53,888 nucleotides of DNA from a virus. Taxonomy: Duplodnaviria > Caudoviricetes. Positions 26,388-35,546 of this stretch are shown piece after piece. Location of the stretch: the IMG/VR virus record IMGVR_UViG_3300031578_000046, positions 1 to 53,888 of that record; one strand, given 5' to 3'. Position numbers and translations under genes: made by a program. Numbering within the stretch: the first letter of the stretch is position 1; each line of letters opens with the position of its first letter. The notes below the pieces were generated by a model. That model worked only from the letters and a program-made list of their open reading frames with translations, searched no databases and was not told where the DNA came from.

Positions 26388-26672
26388 TTAAAAAATACCA
26401 CGAATCAGAGTATCAATCATGGGCTTCAATAATTTAAAACTATCGAGTTTATTGCTATCTACATCATTCTCGGTTATTCCAAACCAAAACAATATAGGAA
26501 GTGGAACATTTGTAGCCAATGCAATTTTCTCTATTACATCCATACTTGGCTTTTTTTGTCCATTTTCCACTTGGCTTAAATACGTTTGTGTAATTCCTAT
26601 TTGTTGAGCAAAATTGCATTGTGTTTCATTTCTGCTCTTCCTAATTGTTTTTACTGCGTTACCTATTTGCAT
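26388..26672 (-). CDS. XRE-family HTH regulator (cassette gene with own promoter)
   Basis: IRKSRNETQCNFAQQIGITQTYLSQVENGQKKPS; TACCTTTG promoter element at 26697-26704. Confidence 0.85.
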   Translation of the reverse strand: MQIGNAVKTIRKSRNETQCNFAQQIGITQTYLSQVENGQKKPSMDVIEKIALATNVPLPILFWFGITENDVDSNKLDSFKLLKPMIDTLIRGIF

Positions 26673-26806
26673 AATATTTAGTTTTAAATTATTTACCAAA
26701 GGTAATATAATATTCCTAATAATGAAACATTGCAAGGTATTTTTTAACTAAAACCTAACAATGTATAAAATTCATTAAAACGAAATTTTATACTCAACGT
26801 TATAGG

Positions 26807-27157
26807 CTATTGCCCTTCAAAATCTTCATTTAGGTATATGCCCTCACCGTCTAACTCATAGCCCATCTCATCTGTCTTCCATTTTACGTGTTTGGTAATT
26901 ATTCTCTTTGTTCCTGCTTTCTCCCCCCACTCTTCTTTGTCGTTTTTGATTGTCACCTCAGTGCCAACTGGCAACAAGCCAATAACAAAGTGTAAGCCCA
27001 ATAATTTTAACTTAGCAGTATTCTGTTTAATAAACTGCGTAGTTATTTGGTCAAGGTCATAATTTCCCTCTGTATCTTCTTGTTGTGCGTTGTCAACATA
27101 TTCCCAATAATCCTTTAATAAATTTTTCATTTCGTTATTTTTAAGTCGTTTTTTCAT
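26807..27157 (-). CDS. Cassette gene, hypothetical
   Basis: Reads through the attC half site (LHFVIG). Confidence 0.6.
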   Translation of the reverse strand: MKKRLKNNEMKNLLKDYWEYVDNAQQEDTEGNYDLDQITTQFIKQNTAKLKLLGLHFVIGLLPVGTEVTIKNDKEEWGEKAGTKRIITKHVKWKTDEMGYELDGEGIYLNEDFEGQ

Positions 27158-27184
27158 TTTGTAAAGTTTTTAGTTAATAATTAA

Positions 27185-27448
27185 TTAATTGATATAAGCT
27201 CTTGAGGCATCATAACTCAATGATGAAGCATATTTATAGGATGCGTTACTATTTTTCCAATCTTCTTTATCTGATTTTAAAAAATTAAATGCACTTGATA
27301 ATGCTTTAACAGCTTCCTTTTTTGTGTTGAAAATTAGTTCTTTATTATTAAATTGCAGATTTTTTTCTACACAATTATCTGTCATAATTGAGTTTCTTAA
27401 TGTTGAATTTCCTGCAAATTGGCCGGTAATAATAATTGAAGTTTTCAT
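27185..27448 (-). CDS. Hypothetical protein (probable first early gene)
   Basis: Follows promoter-like repeat and late-operon terminator. Confidence 0.6.
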   Translation of the reverse strand: MKTSIIITGQFAGNSTLRNSIMTDNCVEKNLQFNNKELIFNTKKEAVKALSSAFNFLKSDKEDWKNSNASYKYASSLSYDASRAYIN

Positions 27449-27544
27449 TTTGTAAAGTTTTTAGTTTGTAATTAATTATACGTTAAATATACGTATAAGT
27501 TTCGACATATACAAATGTTTTCGTAGTTTATAACCATTCTAAAT

Positions 27545-27572
27545 AAAAAACCCCGTACATTTCTGGACGGGG
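27545..27572 (-). terminator. Rho-independent terminator ending the late/lysis operon
   Basis: CCCCGT...ACGGGG stem followed by a U-tract on the minus strand. Confidence 0.7.
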
Positions 27573-27599
27573 CCTAACTAAACTAAAACCTATGAAAAA

Positions 27600-27878
27600 C
27601 TACTTCTTTTTACCGAAAAACTGTTTTTTAATTATATTCCATAATTTCAATCCTTCATCATAAGCTTCTAATGTTTCATTTGCCGAAACTTCTAATAATT
27701 TTAAAAGTTTTGTTTTTTCTTCTTTTGTTAATCCATCTTTAAAAGCTTCTTTAGCATATTTAGCTAATTTAATATTAGCATCAATTGCCTCTTTAGCTTC
27801 CTTAATAAAAGCCCTCACAATACCTATTAATGTCCCGGCGACTGCAAGTATTCCTAAAATCAATGTTAATTTTTCCAT
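27600..27878 (-). CDS. Membrane protein of lysis module
   Basis: N-terminal TM helix, downstream of endolysin candidate. Confidence 0.55.
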   Translation of the reverse strand: MEKLTLILGILAVAGTLIGIVRAFIKEAKEAIDANIKLAKYAKEAFKDGLTKEEKTKLLKLLEVSANETLEAYDEGLKLWNIIKKQFFGKKK

Positions 27879-28081
27879 ATTATTATATTTAAAGTGTTTT
27901 GAAATGCTTCGTGTATATCTTTTTTGCCATTATCTAATTCTAATGTTTCAATTTCATCAATAACCCCGTCTTTTTTAGCTTTCCTTTTTCTTATAATTTG
28001 CCGTGTAGCATAATAAACTAATAAATAAAAGTCCTTATCGGTTAGTAATAATTTTAATATTGAAAATGCTATTAATCTCAT
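27866..28081 (-). CDS. Hypothetical protein of lysis module
   Basis: Overlapping start/stop with neighbours. Confidence 0.5.
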   Translation of the reverse strand: MRLIAFSILKLLLTDKDFYLLVYYATRQIIRKRKAKKDGVIDEIETLELDNGKKDIHEAFQNTLNIIIWKN

Positions 28082-28482
28082 TATGATTTTATTGTTATTA
28101 ATGATTCATTTGGTAATATATCGTAAATTTTATTCATTGTATTACGTGAATTTATTACATCTCTAAGTCTATCATTATTAATATCAATAAACATTTCTCC
28201 AGGCAATAAACATCCTTTAGAATGGCTTACATAGTTCCCCGGGTGCATTAAAACACCTGCACGATTTGGAACATTAAAAAATCGTAATACTTTACCATAT
28301 TTTTTATGCACTTCTTTTTTAACCTTATAAATTCCCTCTGGAATACAGCTTGTATTTTTTTGGTTATTCAACCACGGACGCTCTAAAATGTAGCATTTAA
28401 ATATTAATTTTTCATCTTCTTTAATTTCAAACAACCCCTCTGTTTGTTTTTCAAAATAGTTTCTTTTTAATATTAAACTCAT
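28081..28482 (-). CDS. DUF5675-like protein (candidate endolysin)
   Basis: LERPW...SCIPEGIY...VPNRAGVLMHPGN...SKGCLLPG. Confidence 0.75.
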   Translation of the reverse strand: MSLILKRNYFEKQTEGLFEIKEDEKLIFKCYILERPWLNNQKNTSCIPEGIYKVKKEVHKKYGKVLRFFNVPNRAGVLMHPGNYVSHSKGCLLPGEMFIDINNDRLRDVINSRNTMNKIYDILPNESLITIKS

Positions 28483-28485
28483 TAT

Positions 28486-28851
28486 TTATTTTGTTAAAAT
28501 GTCTATTATTTGCTTTTGATGTTGGCTTAATTTACTGTCCATATTTATTGATAAATTATCAATTTTAGTTTCAATTTTTGTAATATTGTCTTTATTTATC
28601 TTATGAAGATTTGTAAGATTATCTATTTTAATATTCACCTTATCAATTTCTTCACTAACAATTTTTTTATCGGCCTTTGTTTTCATAGCAGATTCAAATT
28701 GCTTAAATGAATTTTTTTTCATCTTATAAAATAAACCCCATGTTGAAATAATTATAGCAGCCCCTGTTCCAGTTATTGTTGCCCCTCCGGTTGATGTAAG
28801 CTCAATAAATAATAAATAAAATTTATACATAATGTAATAATTAAGCACCAA
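28486..28851 (-). CDS. Holin-like membrane/coiled-coil protein
   Basis: TM segment followed by coiled coil, next to endolysin candidate. Confidence 0.45.
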   Translation of the reverse strand: MVLNYYIMYKFYLLFIELTSTGGATITGTGAAIIISTWGLFYKMKKNSFKQFESAMKTKADKKIVSEEIDKVNIKIDNLTNLHKINKDNITKIETKIDNLSINMDSKLSQHQKQIIDILTK

Positions 28852-29136
28852 ATAACTTTATTAACTTCTAAATATTTATTATAAATATCTGTTTTATAAT
28901 ATTTATCTAAAAATTTAAAAAAATCATTTAATAAATAAGAAAATAAAAAAACTTTAAAGAACCAATTAACCGGAATAAATAAAAACAATCTTGATTTTTT
29001 ATTAAACTCGCTTTTTATTAGCCCCTCGGTTAATATGACTATTCCTGTATCTTTTATTGTTAAAATATATTGTTAATAATTTGTTAATATCATTTATTTT
29101 TTGTATCTTTCTTTTTTTAAACTAAAATTTACTACT

Positions 29137-29631
29137 ATGAAAAATTTATTTATTTTAATCGGTTTAGTTTTTGTTGTTAATTGTTATTCTCAAAGAGAAA
29201 ATATCCTAAGTTTTTCTTATGCTCCTGGTTCAAATGAAATAGGATTAATTTACATTTCAAAACCTATTTTTAGCTTGCAAAAAGATTATAAGCTTTATTC
29301 TTCATTCGAATATGGTAATTATAAACTAATTGAAAGAAAAGTAAGCCGTATTGGTCTAGGGTTTTCAACTGATATAGATTCGAGAGTTAGTTATAACTTT
29401 GCTATTTCTATAAATATTGAAAAATCAGATACCGTTATTATTAGTTATACATCTGGAGGTATTACAACTAATGTTATTCCAGTAAGACCAATTACCTCTG
29501 AAATGGGGTTAACATTTCAAATTAGTCAAAGAACTTATTTAACAATTATGTCTGATCTAATTCATCAAGCCATATTTTATAATAATTTTGCAGCCCCTCA
29601 TTTTAAATTTGGACTAGGTTATAAATTTTAA
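29137..29631 (+). CDS. Putative outer-membrane beta-barrel protein (moron)
   Basis: Signal peptide, amphipathic beta strands, C-terminal FGLGYKF; only credible plus-strand gene. Confidence 0.7.
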   Translation: MKNLFILIGLVFVVNCYSQRENILSFSYAPGSNEIGLIYISKPIFSLQKDYKLYSSFEYGNYKLIERKVSRIGLGFSTDIDSRVSYNFAISINIEKSDTVIISYTSGGITTNVIPVRPITSEMGLTFQISQRTYLTIMSDLIHQAIFYNNFAAPHFKFGLGYKF

Positions 29632-29644
29632 TTCAAAGAACTTA

Positions 29645-30304
29645 TCAATCTTTTATTAATCTTATTGACATGCCGTCATAAGCGTTTGAGGGACCTAAAC
29701 AAGGATTAAGAATACTTGCTGTATTATAATGCAACCTCATAAAATAATAATAAACACTCGTGCTTTTAAATTTCATATAAAAATATTGATTTATTTGTGA
29801 AAAATTATATATATCTAATTGATAAAAGCCGCATGGTCTAGCACTAAAATGAATAGTATCAATAGCCCCTGTATTTGGACTTTGCCAATATGTAGTTCCT
29901 TCCTCTTTTAAAAAACCTCCATTAATAGCATAATCACAGTTTCTTGGTATTCCGAGGATTAATCTGAGTGTTTGAAATTCATTAGTGTCCGGGATATGCC
30001 AACCGCTTATATTTTCTGACATTCTATTAGCTCCTGTATCAGTATACAATATTCCATATTCCCAATATGATGTGGAATCATTATCATACCAATACATTCC
30101 GGTATCATTATCCATATACCTAAGGTTTTCACACATCCAAGTTTGAGTGCCTACCGTCACAATTTCATATTTTATTCCACCGATAGTAGAACTATCAAGT
30201 GTGTACACAATACTATCATTATTATTACCTATTATAAAAAATGGCACTTGACAAAAACTGTCAAGACTAAAAACAATAAATAATATTATTAATATTTTTT
30301 TCAT
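29645..30304 (-). CDS. FISUMP (Fib_succ_major) domain protein with signal peptide
   Basis: VGTQTWMCENLRY, YGILY, GWHIP, WQSPNTGA, FSARPCG, GMSIRLIKD. Confidence 0.85.
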   Translation of the reverse strand: MKKILIILFIVFSLDSFCQVPFFIIGNNNDSIVYTLDSSTIGGIKYEIVTVGTQTWMCENLRYMDNDTGMYWYDNDSTSYWEYGILYTDTGANRMSENISGWHIPDTNEFQTLRLILGIPRNCDYAINGGFLKEEGTTYWQSPNTGAIDTIHFSARPCGFYQLDIYNFSQINQYFYMKFKSTSVYYYFMRLHYNTASILNPCLGPSNAYDGMSIRLIKD

Positions 30305-30305
30305 A

Positions 30306-33305
30306 TTATAAATCTTGTAAATCATCAATACTTGTTACAATCATTTTCCAGCCATTATAATAACAGCTTAATAAAGTATGTGAGCTTGCTGTTGCTGTTA
30401 TTGTTGGCTGAGTGCCTTCGGTTGCTCTCCATTTATCGGCTGCTAATGTTACCGCATACCCTGTACCCCCTTGTATTATTTCAATTAAATAAGTGCCTAT
30501 TTCAGCATTACTATAATCTAATACTGTTATTTCATCAGGTGTTAAAACAAATAAATTTGAGCCGCTTAAATCTAAAGTATAACTACCTCCATCATTAATT
30601 GAATCTCTATTTGTAAAAATTATTTGATCGAACTGAGAATTAGTGGCTTTTATATTCCCATTAATCTCAAAAGTATCTGTTGCGGCTGGTAGAGTTACTA
30701 TTAAATCATTGCCGTCTTCGTGCAATGATACTGAGCCTATTTTTAAGCTGTCATTAATTAACACATTCCCATTTACCTCTAGTTTTTCTGAGGGGGTTGT
30801 TGTTCCTATCCCAATAAATCCAGTATTTCCTTTTATAACTAAAGCATCAACAGAAGCCCCTATGCCATTAAAATAAAAATCAGGGGAATTATTATCATCA
30901 TAATCATAAATTCCAAAACTCCAGCTATTATCTTCATTTTGTATCCGCATAGAAGCATCCCTATCACTTTCATACAAATGAAAAATATTAGATGGATTAT
31001 TAACTCCTATTCCAACATATCCATTCTCAGCAATTCTCATTTTCTCATCCCCATCAATATTAAATATATGAGATGAAGCATCATAATAACCACTATCGGC
31101 TGTGATGTATAATTTCAATGTGTTTGACCCAATAAATAAAGTGTCCTTTAAATGCAACCCCAAAGAAGTAAGCCACATTTTGCGAGTGCCGTTAATACTA
31201 AATACAGTTGAATCCTGACTTGTGTAAAAACTGGTATTAGCATAACTGCCTGCTTTTAATGGATTAACGATAAAAGCAATCCTTTCACTCCCTCCAGTTC
31301 GATTTTCTATTTTACCCCCTGTTATTAATGAAAAATCCTCATCTGTTGCATCCATTCCATAGGCTTGAGTTGCGTAGTTTCCTACGGTGGCATTTGAATT
31401 GGTTATTAAAGAAGATATTGTCGGGGTTGTTGTTGCACTTGCACTTTCAATGTGGAGTTTGGCGAGGGGGGATATTGTTCCTAGACCTAATTTTCCATTA
31501 TATTTTAATCTCATTTTTTCTGTCCCCACTGTATTAAAATCTAAATTACTACCCGATGGGGCTGTTCCGAAAAGTATATCCCCATATTCTGCCCCATTTG
31601 CGTTATTAATTATCTGCCCAAAAATACCAGCATATATATGTGGATTTCCGCCTACATCTTTTAATCCAAAAGAACCGCCCCCAGAATAATCCCCTATCTG
31701 AGCTACTGCCCCCCCGGCTCGGCCTTTTATATATGAATGCGTTACCCCGTATGTATTATTTGAATTTCTTTGTTGATAAACAGAACTTGAATTATTATCT
31801 ATACCTACTATATTCAATGCAAAAATTGGTGTTGCTATTCCTACTCCTATATTATCAAAATAACCCGTATCTGCCTGAAATTTCCGCCCGTCTGTTTTTG
31901 GGCTTATTATATTACCTATTAATTCAAATAAACTCGTATCTGCTATGTCCGCTTTTAAAGCCAAAGAATCAATTAATTGAGCATCCGTTACAAAATTACT
32001 ATCACCAACACTTACAAGCGTCCTATCAATTATACTTCCTGCAAAATCTGATGTATCTGAGCTATGTATATAACCGGATGTATCTGCAATAAGATTATTA
32101 ATATTAGTTAGATTAGTATTAATACGGGTGTTATGTTCTTGTAAGGTATCGAGATGCACGGCGGCCGTATCATATAATGCTGATATACTATCATGTACGG
32201 CTAATAATGAATCATTAATAATTGCTCTTATACTATCGATTGTTTCGGTAGAGTCTATAAAATCTCTATTTAATAGTGAATCATAAAAATCTGCTAATTT
32301 CAAATAATTATTAGTAAAATACTCCTCGGATAAAGGTGTTAACCAATTACTAGCTTCTTCACCCTGGTAATATATATATGTTGTTGTATTCTGAGACCCC
32401 CCTGTTGTTTGCATGTAAATTTTACCGACTAATCGTGAATTACTTGCAGCAGTTCCATAGCTAGTTGACAAAACAGTTGATATTTGAAATTCATCCTTAC
32501 TTGTAACTAAACTACTTAAATTTGATGTTGAAATTAGGTGTTCAGTACCATCATTTTCACGTTCATAAAAATCCCAATATAAACGTACACTTCTATTCCC
32601 TGCTGTTTTTTGAGCATGAATATGAAGTGTATATATACCGGCAATTAAGCTATCGAATGCAAGCCCCGATGGTGAAATCCACTCTTCAATAAGTGTATTC
32701 GTTTCAGCATCGACTGATGTATTTACTGATGCTGTTGTAAGTTCGCTAGGAGTTAATGATGTTTGTTTATATGTAGCTACCGCAATATCAGCAGCATCTA
32801 ACAAATAATATCTAGCTCCTAAATTAACATTTGCAGCCACATATTTTTCTACCCATTCAGCATCAACAAGATTATGCTGCATAAGAGAGTCGTGGTCATC
32901 TCTAAGGCTTGGATTATTATTAAACAATGTTATTGAAGCTGTATCAATTTCTGCATAGGTAGAATAAATCGAATCAGCTATTAATGTATCGAGCGTTAAT
33001 GTTGGACGTAAACTATCTTGTAAAGCATCTTTTCTTAATAAATCTGTTCTTAAATTACTTGCGGTGTCATCAATTTCAGATTGTATAGTAACAATGGTAT
33101 CTTTTAATTGAGTTATTGTCACCCATTCGGTAATGCTATCTTGAATCATTGGGTGACGTGTTGAGTCATAACGATAAGTTTGTCCATTTCCAGAACCGGC
33201 AAATTGAATAGAATCAACATTTATATAATATACATCATTAGCATATTGTTGAGAAAATACACTAATTGAAATAAAGCTAAATAATAATAATAATATCTTT
33301 TTCAT
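30306..33305 (-). CDS. Tail-fibre-like protein with signal peptide
   Basis: Repeated G(N/F/Y)(V/I)GIG..P..KL(H/E)(V/I) units; position after tail genes. Confidence 0.7.
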   Translation of the reverse strand: MKKILLLLFSFISISVFSQQYANDVYYINVDSIQFAGSGNGQTYRYDSTRHPMIQDSITEWVTITQLKDTIVTIQSEIDDTASNLRTDLLRKDALQDSLRPTLTLDTLIADSIYSTYAEIDTASITLFNNNPSLRDDHDSLMQHNLVDAEWVEKYVAANVNLGARYYLLDAADIAVATYKQTSLTPSELTTASVNTSVDAETNTLIEEWISPSGLAFDSLIAGIYTLHIHAQKTAGNRSVRLYWDFYERENDGTEHLISTSNLSSLVTSKDEFQISTVLSTSYGTAASNSRLVGKIYMQTTGGSQNTTTYIYYQGEEASNWLTPLSEEYFTNNYLKLADFYDSLLNRDFIDSTETIDSIRAIINDSLLAVHDSISALYDTAAVHLDTLQEHNTRINTNLTNINNLIADTSGYIHSSDTSDFAGSIIDRTLVSVGDSNFVTDAQLIDSLALKADIADTSLFELIGNIISPKTDGRKFQADTGYFDNIGVGIATPIFALNIVGIDNNSSSVYQQRNSNNTYGVTHSYIKGRAGGAVAQIGDYSGGGSFGLKDVGGNPHIYAGIFGQIINNANGAEYGDILFGTAPSGSNLDFNTVGTEKMRLKYNGKLGLGTISPLAKLHIESASATTTPTISSLITNSNATVGNYATQAYGMDATDEDFSLITGGKIENRTGGSERIAFIVNPLKAGSYANTSFYTSQDSTVFSINGTRKMWLTSLGLHLKDTLFIGSNTLKLYITADSGYYDASSHIFNIDGDEKMRIAENGYVGIGVNNPSNIFHLYESDRDASMRIQNEDNSWSFGIYDYDDNNSPDFYFNGIGASVDALVIKGNTGFIGIGTTTPSEKLEVNGNVLINDSLKIGSVSLHEDGNDLIVTLPAATDTFEINGNIKATNSQFDQIIFTNRDSINDGGSYTLDLSGSNLFVLTPDEITVLDYSNAEIGTYLIEIIQGGTGYAVTLAADKWRATEGTQPTITATASSHTLLSCYYNGWKMIVTSIDDLQDL

Positions 33306-33315
33306 AAGTTTTATA

Positions 33316-34137
33316 TTAAGGTACATCTGATGTTAGATACGAAAACGCAAAGGCTAATTTATATGTTGATGCAAAATTATAATCATAAAATATCTTTATT
33401 TGTCCATTATAATAAAAATCAGCACCCCAATCATAAGAATCTGATCCCCCCCAATTTCCTAAAGACAAAAAAGATGAAGTAGCGACCCCACAATTGTGGG
33501 GTCTAAGGGCTGATGGTATTGTATAATTAGTGACTGTAACGGAAGTTCCTCCATTATCAAATATTAAACATATATTACCTATTACCATATCTCCCGTTTT
33601 TCTCAGCGACATATATCCTATAGTATCTGCCCCTACTTTTAATATTTGATCGTCTACCTCTGTAATATTTAAATCAATCACTAAATTTACGCTCGCCCTC
33701 CATTGTGTGGTTTCATCAATATCCTGTAAAAATTGTGATACTGATAATCTTCTATCTTCAGTTTCGCTTAAATCATAGAGTGTCATATAATCATTAACGC
33801 TAGCCGTTACTAATGGGGTTTGTGATACTATATAAGGGTTAAGCTGAAGTAATGATACTTTTCTTTCTATATTGGACGTGGTGTCGGTCGTTATTCTTGC
33901 AAATGTTGCTGATCGGCTTAAATCACCATTCAACAATTGTTCATGTTTAATTTTAGGACTTACAATTGACCATGGGATAGCCATAGTGTAATCATTTACT
34001 ACGCTTGTAGAATCATCAACTATAAACTTAGCTGAATCAGTATAAACGCTTAATTGACTCATTTCAAAAATTCTTTCATTTTGTCCATAAATATTTACGA
34101 CAAATAATAATAATACGATTTTTAATAGTGTTTTCAT
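33316..34137 (-). CDS. Tail-associated protein with signal peptide
   Basis: Position; IPSALRP motif of fibre C-terminal domains. Confidence 0.55.
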   Translation of the reverse strand: MKTLLKIVLLLFVVNIYGQNERIFEMSQLSVYTDSAKFIVDDSTSVVNDYTMAIPWSIVSPKIKHEQLLNGDLSRSATFARITTDTTSNIERKVSLLQLNPYIVSQTPLVTASVNDYMTLYDLSETEDRRLSVSQFLQDIDETTQWRASVNLVIDLNITEVDDQILKVGADTIGYMSLRKTGDMVIGNICLIFDNGGTSVTVTNYTIPSALRPHNCGVATSSFLSLGNWGGSDSYDWGADFYYNGQIKIFYDYNFASTYKLAFAFSYLTSDVP

Positions 34138-34141
34138 AATT

Positions 34142-35086
34142 TTATCTTATTTTGTGTCTTAATGTGCCTGTTTTTGTTCTTATTGGGTTTCTGTTTTTAT
34201 CTATCACATAATGTGTTTCTTCAGCGGCTACAGCCTCCAACACATCATAACTCTCAAATCCTATATCCTGTAATTTTACACTACCACTATAGATATATGT
34301 ATTTGGTATTTTTTCATAATTTAAAGAATCTTCTGCCCTATATTGTCTATTGTTTATAAAAAGATTATCATGTAATATAGCAAGATTTAATTGACGTATT
34401 ACCCAAAAAGGAACGGGGCCAAGCTGTAAATTTACATACTCAAGCGCATTCCCTTGTAATAAATTGAATATTCCATTAACCCCGGAATATCCTGTTTTTA
34501 TTTGCCCCGGTTCTATATCAAAAAATCTAGATTCTAATCTAAAAATATTATATTTTACGCCGTAATAAATGCCATCATTATTATAAGATGTTGTATTATT
34601 ATAATATTTAACCACAACAGTATCGCCCTCGTTAATAGATGATACATAAAAAGGTTCACATCTATAAGTTTGTGACGTATTTATTGTTGCAATAACATAA
34701 TACCAGCCTCCTAATACTGAGCAGTCTATATTAAAATCATAATAACTTACTAAACCGTATGAAGTGTTGACAGTTGTTGTAGCCGATGGAATGGCGATAC
34801 TAGATACTTCCACATCTGTTCTAAAATTACGGAGGCTAAATGAACCGATAGTATGTATAGTTGCAATTTGCGTGTTTATTTGATCCCCAGTTCCTGTATT
34901 GTCATATTTAGGAAAATAATTCCAATCGTCATCAGTATTTGGTACAACTAAATTACCTAGTAATCTATTATCTAACAATGGTAAAGTTCCTGCTTGATTA
35001 TCAGTTCTAACCCATCGTAAAACATTACTTTTGGCAATTCTTACGCCTCCATCACTTATATCAATATCTCCGGTAGTTGCGCTCAT
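34142..35086 (-). CDS. Putative tail protein
   Basis: Position in tail operon. Confidence 0.55.
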   Translation of the reverse strand: MSATTGDIDISDGGVRIAKSNVLRWVRTDNQAGTLPLLDNRLLGNLVVPNTDDDWNYFPKYDNTGTGDQINTQIATIHTIGSFSLRNFRTDVEVSSIAIPSATTTVNTSYGLVSYYDFNIDCSVLGGWYYVIATINTSQTYRCEPFYVSSINEGDTVVVKYYNNTTSYNNDGIYYGVKYNIFRLESRFFDIEPGQIKTGYSGVNGIFNLLQGNALEYVNLQLGPVPFWVIRQLNLAILHDNLFINNRQYRAEDSLNYEKIPNTYIYSGSVKLQDIGFESYDVLEAVAAEETHYVIDKNRNPIRTKTGTLRHKIR

Positions 35087-35535
35087 TAAATTTTTTCTAT
35101 TATTTTATATTTTACCGTTATGGTATTTCCCGTTCCATTATAAATATCCCAATAAAATTGTCCAGCAATTACAGAACTTTGTTTAAAATTTATTAATGCA
35201 TCTATAGTGCCAAGCCCTGATTTTGGAATAAATTTACCAGTAGTTCCATCATATACAAATTCCATTTCAATTTTATATCTATCTGTAGAATTTATTATAA
35301 ATGCTTTTACTGACCAATATTGATAAGTCGCTACGGCTCCTAATGGTATAGCTGTACTTCCCAATGTTGTTACTGTTAATGGAGTCCATTCACCTACAGC
35401 AATAGCTAATACATAAGCATCAAAACCAGCTTTCGAAAGTCTTTTATTAGTAGCATTTGAATCTCTAGTCATCATAAAATGATCATCTGCTATTGGTTCG
35501 GTTATAATTGTTGCGTTTGCTGAAAATTTAGCCAT
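35086..35535 (-). CDS. Putative tail protein
   Basis: Position in tail operon. Confidence 0.5.
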   Translation of the reverse strand: MAKFSANATIITEPIADDHFMMTRDSNATNKRLSKAGFDAYVLAIAVGEWTPLTVTTLGSTAIPLGAVATYQYWSVKAFIINSTDRYKIEMEFVYDGTTGKFIPKSGLGTIDALINFKQSSVIAGQFYWDIYNGTGNTITVKYKIIEKI

Positions 35536-35546
35536 TTTTTATATTT

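Larger units (their letters stand above)
25123..26986 (+). mobile_element. Integron-like cassette array 4
   Basis: attC-like sites 25188-25634, 25780-25908, 26291-26383, 26753-26805, plus a half site at about 26980. Confidence 0.8.

Noticed and set aside
29645-30304. Diversity-generating retroelement
   Set aside because: No reverse transcriptase ORF and no template repeat visible in the genome.
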